DNA from: Hydrolagus colliei
Taxonomy: Eukaryota
Reading direction: 5' to 3'
Length of the DNA: 64,000 bases
Assembly: GCA_035084275.1 (NCBI GenBank)
Contig: CM068756.1
Location: 4,526,001-4,590,000, forward strand
The translations under genes and the position numbers were made by a program. The notes beneath the pieces are model-generated. The model was not told where the DNA came from. It did no database searches and saw only the letters and a list, made by a program, of their open reading frames with translations. Positions 13,589-26,262 of this stretch are shown one piece after another. The first letter of the stretch is position 1, and every line of letters starts with the position of its first letter.

Positions 13589-14401
13589 ATGGAGAACGTG
13601 AGTAGGTTTCTAACTCCCATAAACAGTTCCCTGGCAAGCCCAATTTCTGCCGAGAATGGTTCGATCTACAAGTCCATAGAATACAAAAGCGTTTCAGTGA
13701 TGCTCGTGTTGACCATCTGTGGCATCGGTATTATCGGGAATATGATGGTGGTGCTGGTGGTTCTGACGACCAGACACATGCGAACCCCGACTAACTGCTA
13801 CCTCGTCAGTCTGGCTGTAGCTGATCTGATGGTCCTTGTGGCCGCAGGGCTTCCCAATGTCTCTGACAGTCTGACCGAGTCGTGGATCTATGGACATGCA
13901 GGCTGCCTGGCCATCACTTACCTGCAGTACTTGGGCATCAATGTTTCATCCTGCTCCATCACAGCATTCACCGTGGAAAGATACATCGCCATCTGCCACC
14001 CGATGAAAGCCCATTCTATGTGCACCATATCCAGAGCCAAGAAGATCCTAGCCTTCCTCTGGATCATCACCTCCTTCTATTGCATGGTCTGGTTCTTTCT
14101 GGTGGACATCAACATCAACAGCAGGCAGCATGCTGAGTGTGGTTACAAGGTCTCTAGGAACCTGTACTTGCCCATCTATTTCATCGATTTCACCTTCTTC
14201 TACGTCATTCCTCTGGTAGTGGCCACGGTGCTGTACGGATTGATCGGCCGTGTGCTCTTCCTCAGTCCTATTCCAACCAGAATCGAGATGGGAGTCAAGA
14301 GTTGGAAGGAGCGATCTGAGGCTGAACGCAAGAGCTCGGAGGCTCCTGGTAGCACTGTCTCCTGCCGGATAAGCAAAGGGGCCATCTCGTCCAGAAAACA
14401 G
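13589..14401 (+). CDS. TRHR2: Thyrotropin-releasing hormone receptor 2, coding exon 1 (TM1-ICL3)
   Basis: [51 protein letters not shown]...LYGLIGR (type-2-like residues). Donor CAG|GTAATG after SSRKQ, the conserved TRHR intron position. Confidence 0.93.
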
Positions 14402-15285
14402 GTAATGTAGTGGTTCTCTGCGAAACAGAACAAAGGATAAAGTTTGTGATTTGTTTGCGATTTTTTTCTTCGAGCTAAATAATACTTGGGAGTTGTTTTA
14501 GAGAAAAGAAATAGGCTGAAAACCAAATGAAAGAAATAACCATACTTGTCAATATATGAAAAAAGTAAAAAAAAGCAGCATTTATTTTGTTCTGTCGGAT
14601 GTCTGACACACATGGAAACCCATCGCCATGCTGAGGAACAGACTCCCATAAATACATGTCAGCTCCACAATGGAAAATGCCTTTATCTGGAATAGTGTAT
14701 CACTCCCTCCAGAGTAACACACAGTTATACAGATTGTCAGGTTGTACGGTAAATTACAGAATAGGTTATATTTTCCAAATAAACTGATGCACTTTTTTCA
14801 AATTATTAAGAAGATGGATTCAAATACCAGTTAAATATGCCACCAGACACATGGGTTCTGTTTCATTTGATTTCCCTAATGCTTTTGAGCTGCAGCCTTG
14901 TACAGGACTGAGCAGAAATAAAACTCACTTTCTTCAACGTTTAGTGGTGCAAAATCAAAAGGAAAGGCAATAGATAGAACATTTGATTTTTGTTTGTTTA
15001 GGGAATATTATAAATTATACACCATCTCTTGGTTCTCAGTGATTGGATGCTTTTGAGACCCACTTGGAGCCCAGTGAGAAAACAGCACAAACAACAGGGT
15101 GAATCCTTGATGTTTCATGTTATGAACTACTGATCTAACCCAGCATTGATCGAAGATATATATTTAGCAATGTTGTACAAATAGGAAACGATCCTGCTAC
15201 AAACATTAAAACCTCAAAACAGTGAGTGCATATTTCCAAAGTCTGTAAAGGTATCACAATTACGGTTCCTCAAATATTTGCCTTA

Positions 15286-15600
15286 AATAATAATAATACT
15301 TGCATTTGATATAGCACTTTTCACATCTTATTGGCGTCTCAAAGCGCTTCGCGGAATATATTATACAGTGAATTGACTGTATATTTGTGGGCGAAGCGCA
15401 GCAGCCAATTGCACACAGCAGTGACCCACAAATAGTCATGGATTGAAATGGCATTTTATTGTGGGTTTTTTTTGGACGGATTATTATTAGGTGTGTGGAG
15501 AAGGAAACTTGACCAAGGTTTCGCTCTGACCTGCCTGGATTTGAACACAGGTCTCACGCTTGTAAGGCGAGTGCTCTAATCACTGAGCTACAGGAGCTCC
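15286..15600 (-). mobile_element. Full-length tRNA/Deu SINE in the TRHR2 intron
   Basis: Reverse complement of the 3725-4049 family, head to (TAT)n tail. Confidence 0.9.
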
Positions 15601-15719
15601 ACTCCACTTAAAGGAACTATATGTCATCAAACATGCATGGCAATATATTTCAGGAGGAAACTGAATTTAATTTTGGGCAACTTTCAAAAAATAAAACTGC
15701 GTCTGTATTTTCTCCACAG

Positions 15720-16142
15720 GTCACTAAGATGCTGGCTGTGGTGGTTGTTCTCTTTGCTTTGCTCTGGATGCCATACAGGACAATAGTCGTGGTCAACTCC
15801 TTCATAGACAAACAATACGACAATGCTTGGTTCCTTTTATTCTGCAGACTTTGTGTGTACGCCAACAGCGCGATCAACCCAGTCATTTATAACGTAATGT
15901 CTCAGAAATTCAGATCAGCTTTCAAAAAACTGTGCCACTGCAGCCACGATGATACCCAGCGCCGTCCCTTGTACAGAAACCCGGTGAATTACAGTGTGGT
16001 GAGGGAGACAATCAGCGGAAGCCCTGAGGTCAATGGCAAGGAGCAAGCCAAGGCGCCGGCTCAAGAGACCGAAGGCATCAGCGCCAACAAGGAAGACACT
16101 AAACTTACCATAGAAGAGGAGATGTACTTTAGTGTTGTTTGA
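15720..16142 (+). CDS. TRHR2: TRHR2 coding exon 2 (TM6-TM7 and C-tail)
   Basis: Acceptor tctccacag|GTC; [21 protein letters not shown]...[26 protein letters not shown]; spliced product 411 aa. Confidence 0.93.
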   Translation, partial: VTKMLAVVVVLFALLWMPYRTIVVVNSFIDKQYDNAWFLLFCRLCVYANSAINPVIYNVMSQKFRSAFKKLCHCSHDDTQRRPLYRNPVNYSVVRETISGSPEVNGKEQAKAPAQETEGISANKEDTKLTIEEEMYFSVV

Positions 16143-17175
16143 CAAAAGCTTTATACTTAAATACAGTTGAAGTTTATTGAAGAACTGTCACAAGCATAAG
16201 AGGTTCCATTTGTAAAAAATTGTACAAGCATTAACTGCAAAATAGATTTTTATCCAATATTACGCCAAGGGAATTAATTGTACATAATTCTAATTGGTCA
16301 GAATGCAACCAATAGTGTATGGATTGTACTGTAATAGGTTTATATATTTTATTCTAACGACACAATTCCAGGTTGCTAAGACAAATAATGCAACTAGCTT
16401 TTGACAGTTTGCATGGAAAGCTCAATTATGCAATGATCATGGCCCCAAAACAATATACTTATCTCATGCGTGTGTGATACGGTATTGATTCCATTCACCC
16501 ACCCCTCAAGATAATGAAAGTTGCCGGTCATTCATTCTGACCATTGAAAAGCACCAAGTAAAACTGAAAGAATCCCCTCCGCCATGGTTGGCCCATTGCA
16601 TTTCTGAAGCTTTCACTGATTCTACACAACTGACCAAAGGTACCTTAAACAACCTGCAACAAATGTACCCTAACACCTACTAAATATTATACAATAAAAC
16701 CAAGCAAACCTCCACAGGGTTATGTCCTAATTGCTGGCACACAGATACACTGATTGGCTACTCAAATAGAGCTCTATCAGAAAATATCTGAGTGAACAGT
16801 TTGGATTCTGATACTAAAGGTGGCTAATTTCTTGTAGTTACATTTGCATTATCTGTAGTAGGTTTGAGCAAGCTGCGTCTTTAATATTTGTTTTAATATA
16901 GTGTGTTGAATGGTAGAGATATAAATCTTTGGGTAATATTGAAATGGACTCACTAGCTGAGAATTTAAATTTACGTAAGTGCATTTAGTAAACCTATACT
17001 GTATATCTTTGTGCTCAAATGTTCATAGCAAAATGTTCTAAGCGGTTTCAACAGTTACAGATTATACATAGTTTCTGACAAAGAGAAAACATTTGTTGAG
17101 AATTGTATCAGTGAACCTGGTTTGTTTTAAAGCTGTTCAATTTAAATCATCATTTTTTGTGTCATAATGGCATAC

Positions 17176-17523
17176 GGCCTAAAAGGGTTAAGTTACGAGG
17201 AAACGCTGTGTAAACTTGGACTGTATTCCCTTGAGTTTAGAAGATTGATGGGTGATTTGATTGAGGTATTTAAGATGATAAAAGGGTTTGATAGGGTGGT
17301 AAAAATCTGGAATACTCTCCTCCCAAAAAGGCCGTGGACGCTAGATTCATCCACCCCCTCAAGAGTGAGGTTGATAGATTTTTGGCAGGTTAGGGTATTA
17401 GGGGATATGGGGAAAAAGCGGGAAATTGGAATTGAAAGGATTCGTTGAGGTACAGATCAGCCATGGTCTGGCTAAACGGTGGAACAGGTACGAAGGGCTG
17501 AATGGCCTACTCCTGTTCCTATG
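17176..17523 (+). mobile_element. CR1 LINE 3' fragment with internal deletion
   Basis: LKGLSYEETLCKLGLYSLEFRRLMGDLIEVFKMIKGFDRV joined directly to VKIWNTL; 3' end GGGCTGAATGGCCTACTCCTGTTCCTATG. Confidence 0.88.
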
Positions 17524-19078
17524 GTTAAATTATGGCAATTGGTAATAGGAATTTAACTCTGATTTGCAAACAGCGCCTCTTCCTGAAAATATGTCACATC
17601 CCCCAATGAAACTCTGATCCAACCTACTGAACGGAGTCCAAGGGTTCAGTGTTGTGTGGTTCCGATAAATGGATGATACTGTGACTCAGAGTGATTAGAA
17701 ATTGTTACACATTGGACTGAATGTTCACTGCTAGTGTGATGCAAAATGCGGAGAATTTGCTGGGATGCGGCAAAGTGGTAAAAGCACTTCACCTTCACAT
17801 TGCTATGATTGCTGTGATGCAGAGTGCTGATTTATTGTTAAGAGGCTAAATGTTAATTCAGACAACTCCCGCCCCAAATGCATGATAAGTTCACTCAGTT
17901 CTTAGCTGTCTTGTTATGTGGGAGTGACTCATGGATGAATCTGTCTTTGGACAAAAAGCTGTCATTTTGCCTTTCCTTCCAGTAAATACATAATAATCCT
18001 TAAATTTGAATGCATCTACTGCTACTGGATCTATTTTCAGAATGGAGCAGGTTTTCGAGCAGATGTTGTGAAAGCATTTATACTATGCTGACTTGGTCTC
18101 CAAGATACCAATTGAAGTAGAAGTACAAAGGATAAACGTCTGTGGGTGGACAGAAGAAATAAGATACATAGAATCAAGTAATGTAGAAAAGGAGCAGATC
18201 ATTCACCTTTTCTACATTTCCACCTCTGGCAGTAAACACATTAAACCACAGTATGTTTGACAAGAAAATGTTCTTATTAATTGCATTCATACACTGGTAA
18301 TTGCTTACTTAAATTTTCCTGCTTTGTTGTGTTTGTGATTTAACAGTAAGATTCTCAACACACTATGAACTTATTCACTCACCTCTGAATCATCTTTACT
18401 GCAACACCTCTAGTGCCATTCTTTGACTGGATTGATCTCCCAAAGGTCCAAAGAGGTCAGTTCAGCTGCTGAACTACTCCGAACTGACAAAAGATACCAA
18501 TATGCTTTAGCATTAATCAGGTTGAGGGTTTGAATGCAAAATAAAATCCTGGCATAAAACATTTCCCAAAACATCGAAACATCACAATTGCTCTTCTTAG
18601 GGAATTGCTGTCAAGTGCAGTAGACGAATAAAAAAATTAATATGATTAAATTGCTCCATTTTCATTCTGAACATCAAACTGCTGGGACGATGGTGACAAA
18701 TGATTTAACTCTGTGATGGAATTGTGATTCACACTACTTTTGTCAATCACACTGGAGTTTTTTTCTGGTTAGGTTAATTAACTCACTGAAATGTAGTGAT
18801 ATTTGTTCATCTATTTTTTTTAATTGGATATATTGCTTGATATGAAACATGTCATGGATTTGTAAAGTATCTATTGTCAGACTTTAAAATTGTGCAGCAT
18901 GGCGTTTGATACAGTGTTACTGGATTTGTAGTGAGTGCATTGTGACGTTTGTGTTTTAATATGAAGAGAAATGTTTATGCTAGTGTTTGCCTTGTCAAAA
19001 GAAAAAAATTGCGTATGAATTTTGTGGCGATGTGATGTTTCTCATTTATTTTCGTCCCAAATTTGTTTTTGTTCACCA

Positions 19079-19090
19079 AATAAAAATAAA
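19079..19090 (+). terminator. Tandem AATAAA, candidate distal TRHR2 polyA signal
   Basis: AATAAAAATAAA after a U/GU-rich tract. Assignment to TRHR2 is inference. Confidence 0.35.
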
Positions 19091-20212
19091 AGTGTGTTCA
19101 GAATTGCTATACACAGTGATGTAAATCTTAATGCACATGACACCAAATGTATTCTAGAGGGTAGGCTAAGTGAATTCAAACTAGAAAAGTGCTCAAAGTC
19201 AGATCCTTTTTTGATTGTAGAGGCGGTTACAATCCCATCCTCTATTATCAATTCTTAGTACAGCCACCTGGGCTGATTTGAAACTAAACAGATCTCTAAG
19301 CCCTATTCAATGGTGACAATATCTATTTAAGTGATTTCTTGGCTAATCCTTGTCTTACATTGAAACAACAATTGAACTGAAAGTAAGGAGAAGATATCAC
19401 TGCCGAAAATCTATTCGCAGGCAATACATTAATTCTCTGTCGGCTGGAACATTGGGACTTTTTAAAGATCTTTTGTAATGTGATAAACAGACAGACACAG
19501 GGAAAAAAAGATCTTGCAGTACGTTTTGCGCAATGAATGACTGCTAATAAGCAGGTCAGATTCTCACGTGGAAAGGGATACTTAGAACACGACAAGCGCC
19601 TGACAATGCTTTTGTTGTTTTGAGAAACAAAACACCATAAAGTATCATCACCAATGATGTGATGATACTTGATATCGTTTCAGCAAAAAAAGGGATTGCA
19701 TCCATAAGGATTTAAAAACCAAGAGGATTTTTAGTATTCCCATTTTAATATATTATTGTGGCCTTCACATAGGATCTTGGAGCCCTTCACAAGGCGCAGT
19801 CAAACAAGTGGATTTTTTAGGTGGGATTTGGTGACTGATAGAGGGTGGGAAGGTGGTGAGAGGAATTCATAGGCAATTACAGAGCTTAGGGTGTAGCAGT
19901 AGCTGAGAGGTAGATAACTGAGCGCTGAGTTGCCTTGCCCTTTTGTAGGCAGTCAAGCATCACATTCAGGCAAGTGCACATTACTGATTGCCAACTCAGC
20001 ACATACGTATTGCTGGGCTGCTGCGTTCAACATTGCCATGTTATAATAAATATTCTGGTAAAAGACAATGTACCATTATGCATTATGGCAGATGGTGTCT
20101 GAATGCTGCTCCTTCTCAGCTTACCAGTTTGCTGCAAACATCAGAAACTCTTGAGTTGAGTCAAATCAAGCTCCCCGCCAATCCTGCAGAAACCTTTTTT
20201 ATATTACAATTA

Positions 20213-20630
20213 GCAACAACAAAATTATATTTATAGAACATCTTTCACGTCGGGAGGACGTCCCAAGGCGCTGAACAGTTAGGTCGAGAGCTAAGCTGGG
20301 GGGAAGGGTCGGGCTAGGGGCTGGGGGAAGGAGAGTGGAAAAGGGGGGAGAGTATAAGGAGGGGGTCAGAAGGCGCGGTCGAAGAGGAAGGTCTTGAGCC
20401 TGGCCTTGAAGGAGGAAAGGGAGGAAGCAAGCTGAAGGGACTGCGGGATGGAGTTCCAGAGTGTGGGGGCAGAGAGGCTGAAAGTCTGGCCACTGATGGT
20501 AGGGCGGTTCGGGTGGGGGACATGGAGCAGGCCAGAGCCCGCTGAATGGAGGGGACAGGCAGGCTGATAGGGAGACAGCAGGTCGGAGAGGTAGGCGGGG
20601 GCAACGCCAAGAATGGCCTTGAAAGTGAAG
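20213..20630 (-). mobile_element. L2 LINE 3' end (ORF2 C-terminus, 3' UTR, (TTG)n tail)
   Basis: Minus frame reads TFKAILGVAPAYLSDLLSPYQPACPLHSAGSGLLHVPHPNRPTISGQTFSLSAPTLWNSIPQSLQLASSLSSFKARLKTFLFDRAF*, a typical L2 ORF2 end. Confidence 0.9.
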
Positions 20631-21539
20631 CATCCACCACCTACATAGAAATTACCCTCTCAATAGTCATCCAAGATAGCCTCCTCCTACCTTCATTGTT
20701 TCGCCAAGGGCTCTGCATTGTCTTTTTAGGCAGTAAATGAAGTCCTAATATCACTGGTCATCTAATTGTAATTGTCTCCTGTTATTACTTCTGGACTCAG
20801 TACACAGCTGAGTAATAATAATAATAATAATAAGGCTTACATTTGATACAGCACTTTTCATGTCTTCTAGACGTCTCAAACTATCTGTACTATCTGACAA
20901 TATCCTCGCTGGCAGAAGGCAAAAATCATTAAACCACAAAAAGGGTAAGAGCTCACTCTATTTCTATGTATCACGCAGAGTGCCAATGACATATCTTACA
21001 TGTTATGCCAATAAACTAATAGCATTCTGCCCTTACTGTTTCAGAACCCCAAACAGGCTATGTAGTACTCAATATATACTCAAGGATGTGGAAAGTTTTT
21101 GTGGAAAGGCTGAGTGATTTAATTTGCAATCCAAATGCGTTTTCCACTTTGATGTCTCGAAGTTAGTCAAAGCTGATGGAATGAAAGCCGCCCTTTGTTA
21201 TATAAGTGAAACAAGACAGAAAAGTCTCTGCTTGTAGATACTATATAGTCTATGACACTAACCTGCTGAGAAGTTGTAATTACTGTACTTGGTGTGAGAA
21301 AAAGAAACGCGGGTGCCTCTCAGACATATTCAGTATTTGGAGTCACCACTAACCTTTACTTTACCTGGTTAGCAAATTGATGGGGTCACTGGGTGTAAAC
21401 AGCAGGAATAAGAACCATTCACCCCACTGCCATCTCTCACTGTGAAGACCCAATCTGTCAGGTGTATCAACTCTTCAATGCTCATAGACCATGGGAGTAT
21501 TCTCGTACGATTCTCTGTCGCGTCATTAATAAACAAGTT

Positions 21540-21929
21540 TGCCTACAAAATACAGGCATTGCACTTTACAATAAATCCAGCAAACACTTTGAGACCGCCT
21601 CCCAATATGAAAGGTGCTATATCAAATGGAAGTATTATTATAACTATCACTCACATTACGTGAAGAATCCTATGTCCTATTAGACTGATACAGACAATAC
21701 AATACGAGTCCTGAAGTTCAGTGGTTAGAGCTCTTGCCTTACACAAGCATGAGAACTGTGTTTGAATCCAGGGGTGAAACCTTGAGTACGTTTCCTTACT
21801 CCACACGCCTAATAATAATCACTCAAAAAATATATAATAAATTGGTCATTTCCCACGACTGTTTGTGGGACACTGCTGTGCGCAATTGGCTACCACGTTT
21901 TGCTCACAAGTATGCAGGCAATTCACTTG
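21540..21929 (+). mobile_element. Old SINE tail fragment (21540-21642) followed by a 3'-truncated tRNA/Deu SINE (21706-21929)
   Basis: Similarity to the family head, core and tail. Confidence 0.8.
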
Positions 21930-22710
21930 GTTATGTATGAATACAACACTGGTAGATTTGACTCACTGAGTCGCAGCAAAATGCTTTCAATAAAAAAAAG
22001 GATTCTGAAATAACAGTCACTTGTTTTCATAATAGACATTTTCTTAGAAAAACGGCCGCTTGAGTTAGGAACTGGAGAAACAACTGCAGTCTTGCAGGTA
22101 TTGCTTTCTTTAGGAAAGTGAGACAGCAAATTGCCCTGTACAAACAGTGGGAATGTAAGAGAAAGCAAATTCAGTTTGACAAAGCGCATCTGTTCCGCCT
22201 TGGATAAGCCACAGGACTCAATACATGGTGATTAAGAGAACCAGCGCGGATGACACATAATGCAAACAATGCTATTCTAAATGATTCAACTACAATGAGG
22301 TGGTAAGGTCTCATTTACACTGGGTCTCTAGCTATTACCATAAAATATTGCAGGAAAAACAAAAGTATGAAGGAAAAATGTGTATTTGAGTAAAGCTTTC
22401 TTGATATAAAGCTTTCTTGATATCCCCATTATTTACGTTTGAGTCTCAGAATATGTAATTTAATTGTGCTGCTTCCCTCATCACATTCCTATTGTCTCAC
22501 TACAGCTGACAAGGTCCCTGACTAATTTTAATAACAAATGGAAGTGTATCTGAAATTATTCTGTTTCCTGGGCTGAGTTTAGTGCGTGGACGGGCAACAG
22601 CCTACACAGGAAAACCCTGTGTGAAAATGTGATTTGTAAAGGCTTTCAGGAACTTAACTTAATTTAATGCGTGCCTAGAATTTAGATAAGCAGAACATGT
22701 CCCCCATTAT

Positions 22711-22903
22711 AACAATAATAAGTTACATTTGATATAGTGCTGTATCACATCATCAAACAGCCATGAACTGAATGACAAATATGGCTGCAGGATTATTGGC
22801 TAGGACACCAGCAAAAACTTTTCTTATCAAACAGTGCCATGGGATGTTTAATATCCACCTGAATAAGCAGATAGCTAAGGACCTTGGTTCAATTCCTCAT
22901 CTG
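22711..22903 (-). mobile_element. Older Deu-domain SINE fragment (SacSINE1/AmnSINE-like)
   Basis: Minus strand CAGATGAGGAATTGAACCAAGGTCC...CAGGTGGATATTAAACATCCCATGGCACTGTTT...GGTGTCCTAGCCAATA resembles the Deu core as recalled. Confidence 0.7.
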
Positions 22904-22907
22904 TAGT

Positions 22908-23216
22908 AGTCCTGTAGCTCAGTGTTAGAGCACTCGCCTTACAAGCGTGAGACCTGTGTGTGAATTCAGGCAGGTCAGAGTGAAACCTTGGGCAAATTTG
23001 CTTCCTCCAACAATAATCCCTAGGAAAAAAACACAATAGAAAAATTGGTAATTTCAATCCACAAATGTTTGTGGGATACTACTGTGCACAACTGGCTGCC
23101 ACATTTTGCCCAGAAATATACAGTCAATTCACTTTATAGTTTATTCTGTGAAGCGCTTTGGGGCGTCTCGAAGACGCGAAAAGCTCTACATCAAATGCAA
23201 GGATTATTATTATTAT
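22908..23216 (+). mobile_element. Full-length tRNA/Deu SINE
   Basis: Head GTCCTGTAGCTCAGTGTTAGAGC through tail GGATTATTATTATT. Confidence 0.9.
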
Positions 23217-23526
23217 GTTATTGTAGCACCTCTAATAATGCCAAACTTTTCCAGCGCTGCATTAACAACAGTGATAGAATATCTGCAAAGAAACTTCCAT
23301 TTTAATTAAGAATGTAAAAATAGCTCCATTTAGCTCCTGGCGTTCTAATAACTACCGGAATTGCTTGCACTGTTTGAGAAGATTACCAAATTATTAATAA
23401 TTTCTCCCACTCTAAAAATTCTCTGTATAAACTGATGACAAATAGTTCTTCATGAAAGGAAACTGGCAGTGAAAGGTCAGTCAGAATGATTAATAGGCTT
23501 TCTTTAGGTTTACTTAAAATATCTTA

Positions 23527-23724
23527 GTATAGGTTTCACATCTTCTGGATGTCTCAAAGCAAGCTTCACGGAATATACTGTAAAGTGAATTGACTATATA
23601 CTTGTGGATGAAACGCAGCAGCCAATTCCACACAGCAGTGTCCCACAAGCAGTCATGGATTGAGAATGAACAAATTATTATTGTTTTTTTCCAAGGGATT
23701 ATTATTAGGTGTGTGGAGTAAGTA
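23527..23724 (-). mobile_element. Headless tRNA/Deu SINE
   Basis: Reverse complement of family core and tail. Confidence 0.85.
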
Positions 23725-25621
23725 AGCATATATTCAAGATATACATTTAATACATAAAACAACACTGCATTTTATCTTTAAGGTGATTTATGTATTCCAG
23801 AGATTATTTCCAGCTGCTAATTATCCTCTAGGTAAAGAAATACTTACTGGTGTCTGTCCTGAAATTGTCCTTTTCTGCCCTAAGCTTGTGTCCCTTCACT
23901 TAATAGAAAAAGAATATCTTATCCCACAAGTTCAATCTTTTACTGTGGTGCATGACAATACATCAGGAAGTAGATCCAATACATACATCTGATTCTACAG
24001 AATAAAAACATAAGCATGTGTGGTACAAGTATTTTCTATTATTAATCTAGTCGATATGTGGTCTGGATTTCAGACAGCAACATTCAGAATTATACTCCCT
24101 TTCCCTTCCTGCTCTTCTCTAACTTACTTTATGCTACCGAGAACTGGAACGGCAAATGAAATGGCTGAAGATAGCAAATTGGTGGTGTAGTCTCCACCTT
24201 ATGGAAGGGAAGGTTGAGCTGTGTTTTGCACTCCACCTGCTTTCTGCGCCCAAAACACATTGCTGAAACCACTGCCTGCCAACCATCCCCTGTATAACAT
24301 TTCCATTAAAAAAAACAATCATGTGTTTTATTGGCAGCTGCTCCCCTCGGGTTCTCATTTCCAGTAACTATCTGGGTGTAACTGCTTTCCAGCTTCTGTG
24401 CAAATATGTGACATCAATCCTGAAATCAATGTGTGGGTTTATGAAACTTGTTAATGCCCTGCTCCGCGCGGCACTTGTCTTCGACTCTAACGGCAGTTAT
24501 AATGATATCAGAACTGAATCAATTCTATTTGTCATATGAACGAGCTGGCAGAGTCATCATAGCCGCAATACACTTTCACTTCATGACTGGAAATAGCAGC
24601 ACCTCATTCTGGCTGATCACAAGTGTTGAAGCAAAGAGCAAAGGAAGCAGAGGGATGTGCAATTTCCATCTGAAATTCCACCGTTGTCTGTATGTTTGGA
24701 ATAATCCTCAGATTTGATCTTTGCATCTGAGGCGGATTTGGGGTTAAGAACATATATTTTTTGGGGGGGTCCTGTTTAGCGATCTTGGGCCTTGGGTCAG
24801 GTATTATACTGGAGCTCACAGAATCATAGAAATCACAGGACAGGAGGAGGCTTGAGATGATGCTCGCTCATCTTCCGGAGACAACTGTGCGAATTCCGAA
24901 ATCACTTTCCCCTTACAATTTATCAACCTGTTGTTGATACATCTGTTTAACTGCTGTTGTTGTTGTTGTTCATACCGCTCCTTTTATTAACCCTTTCTTT
25001 GCCAGGCAGAATCAATTCCCTGCAGACCCCCTGGACGGCCTCTTGGTGAGAGATAAAGTATCATGTTGTATTATTTAGAGGTACGGGTACTGCGTAGGAT
25101 GTTCCTGTTGTGGGCTAAAAGAATGGAATTCTCACTCAGCAAGCAGCCTGCAACATGAGCTGAAGTAAATCCGCCCTGGATGTTTTAGCTACATGATTTG
25201 AATATGGAGATATTGGATCACATTAATTAATATTTAATTGACATTTTAATTCAACGCAATTTCAAGCCAGACACGTTGGCTCTGCATTACAATACTCCAG
25301 GCTAAATGGGAATTGTAGGACTCCCAGCTGTCCAAACAGTTTAATCTGGTGCTGTCTATAAAGGAAGATTGATTTTGGATCTCTCCCAGTTACCTTGCAA
25401 CCATTTTTGCATTAACAAGTGATTACAACCGTAGATCCCTCTTATCCTTCTGACAAAAGTTTTCTGAATTGCAATTTGCAATATACAGCACATACTTTGC
25501 AATTGAAAGGAACTATACTTTAGCCTTTTTTTTGAGGTCCCTTTGTCATGCCCTGTTCAGTTCAACTCCCTATATCATTCACTGCTCAATCCACAGAGCT
25601 CTCTCTTATTATTCCCTCTTA

Positions 25622-25688
25622 TTCAGTGCCTTGGGACATCCTCCCGACGTGAAAGGTGCTTTATAAATGTAATTTTGTTGTTGTTGTT
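25622..25688 (+). mobile_element. L2 3' tail (degraded UTR probably extends upstream)
   Basis: TTCAGTGCCTTGGGACATCCTCCCGACGTGAAAGGTGCTTTATAAATGTAATTTTGTTGTTG matches the tail of the 20213 element. Confidence 0.8.
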
Positions 25689-26149
25689 ATTATGCAACAT
25701 TCACTCACACGCTACTGGTTTTAACTGATGTATGGGTAGTGTGAATGCTCAGGGTTTCTGGATATATTAAGGAATGATAGTTTAAGCAGTGGTTAATACT
25801 GATCCCTGATTACCTTTAACCTTGATTTGTTCTCTGGGAGGAAATGCCTTACAATCTGCACTTGGTTTGAATAGCCTGAACCTGTAATAGATTTTAGTGG
25901 AGAATAACACTGGGGAAACATTGAAAAGCAACAATGAAATGAAATGCAAAACATGTGTATAAAAGGGTATTTGCAGGAAGGAGGAAATGGAGTGACATTA
26001 GGCAAGTGCCACATATACTAACATGAAATTCACACAATTTAATTTCCACTAAATGACTCCTAGAATTGTCCATTGCAGAGGTTATTAATAAATATTTGTT
26101 GAGTTCTAAAAATATGATATTATTTGAAGCTATCGCCCCTCAATAAACA

Positions 26150-26262
26150 TTTCACACAATACATACAGTCAATTCACTTTACAGTATATTCTGTGTATAA
26201 ACTTTAAGCTGTTTCAACAACGCGGTAAGGCGTTATATGAAGATGCAAGGAATATTATTATT
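26150..26262 (+). mobile_element. SINE 3' fragment
   Basis: ATACAGTCAATTCACTTTACAGTATATTCTGTG...GATGCAAGGAATATTATT. Confidence 0.75.

Noticed and set aside
14200-14649. Antisense and alternate-frame ORFs over TRHR2, LC3B and ZFPM1 exons
   Set aside because: Shadow ORFs of real coding sequence.
22392-22423. Perfect 16-bp tandem duplication (similar small ones near 3387, 32435 and 41748)
   Set aside because: Ordinary slippage duplications; two copies only, no spacers, so not CRISPR-like.
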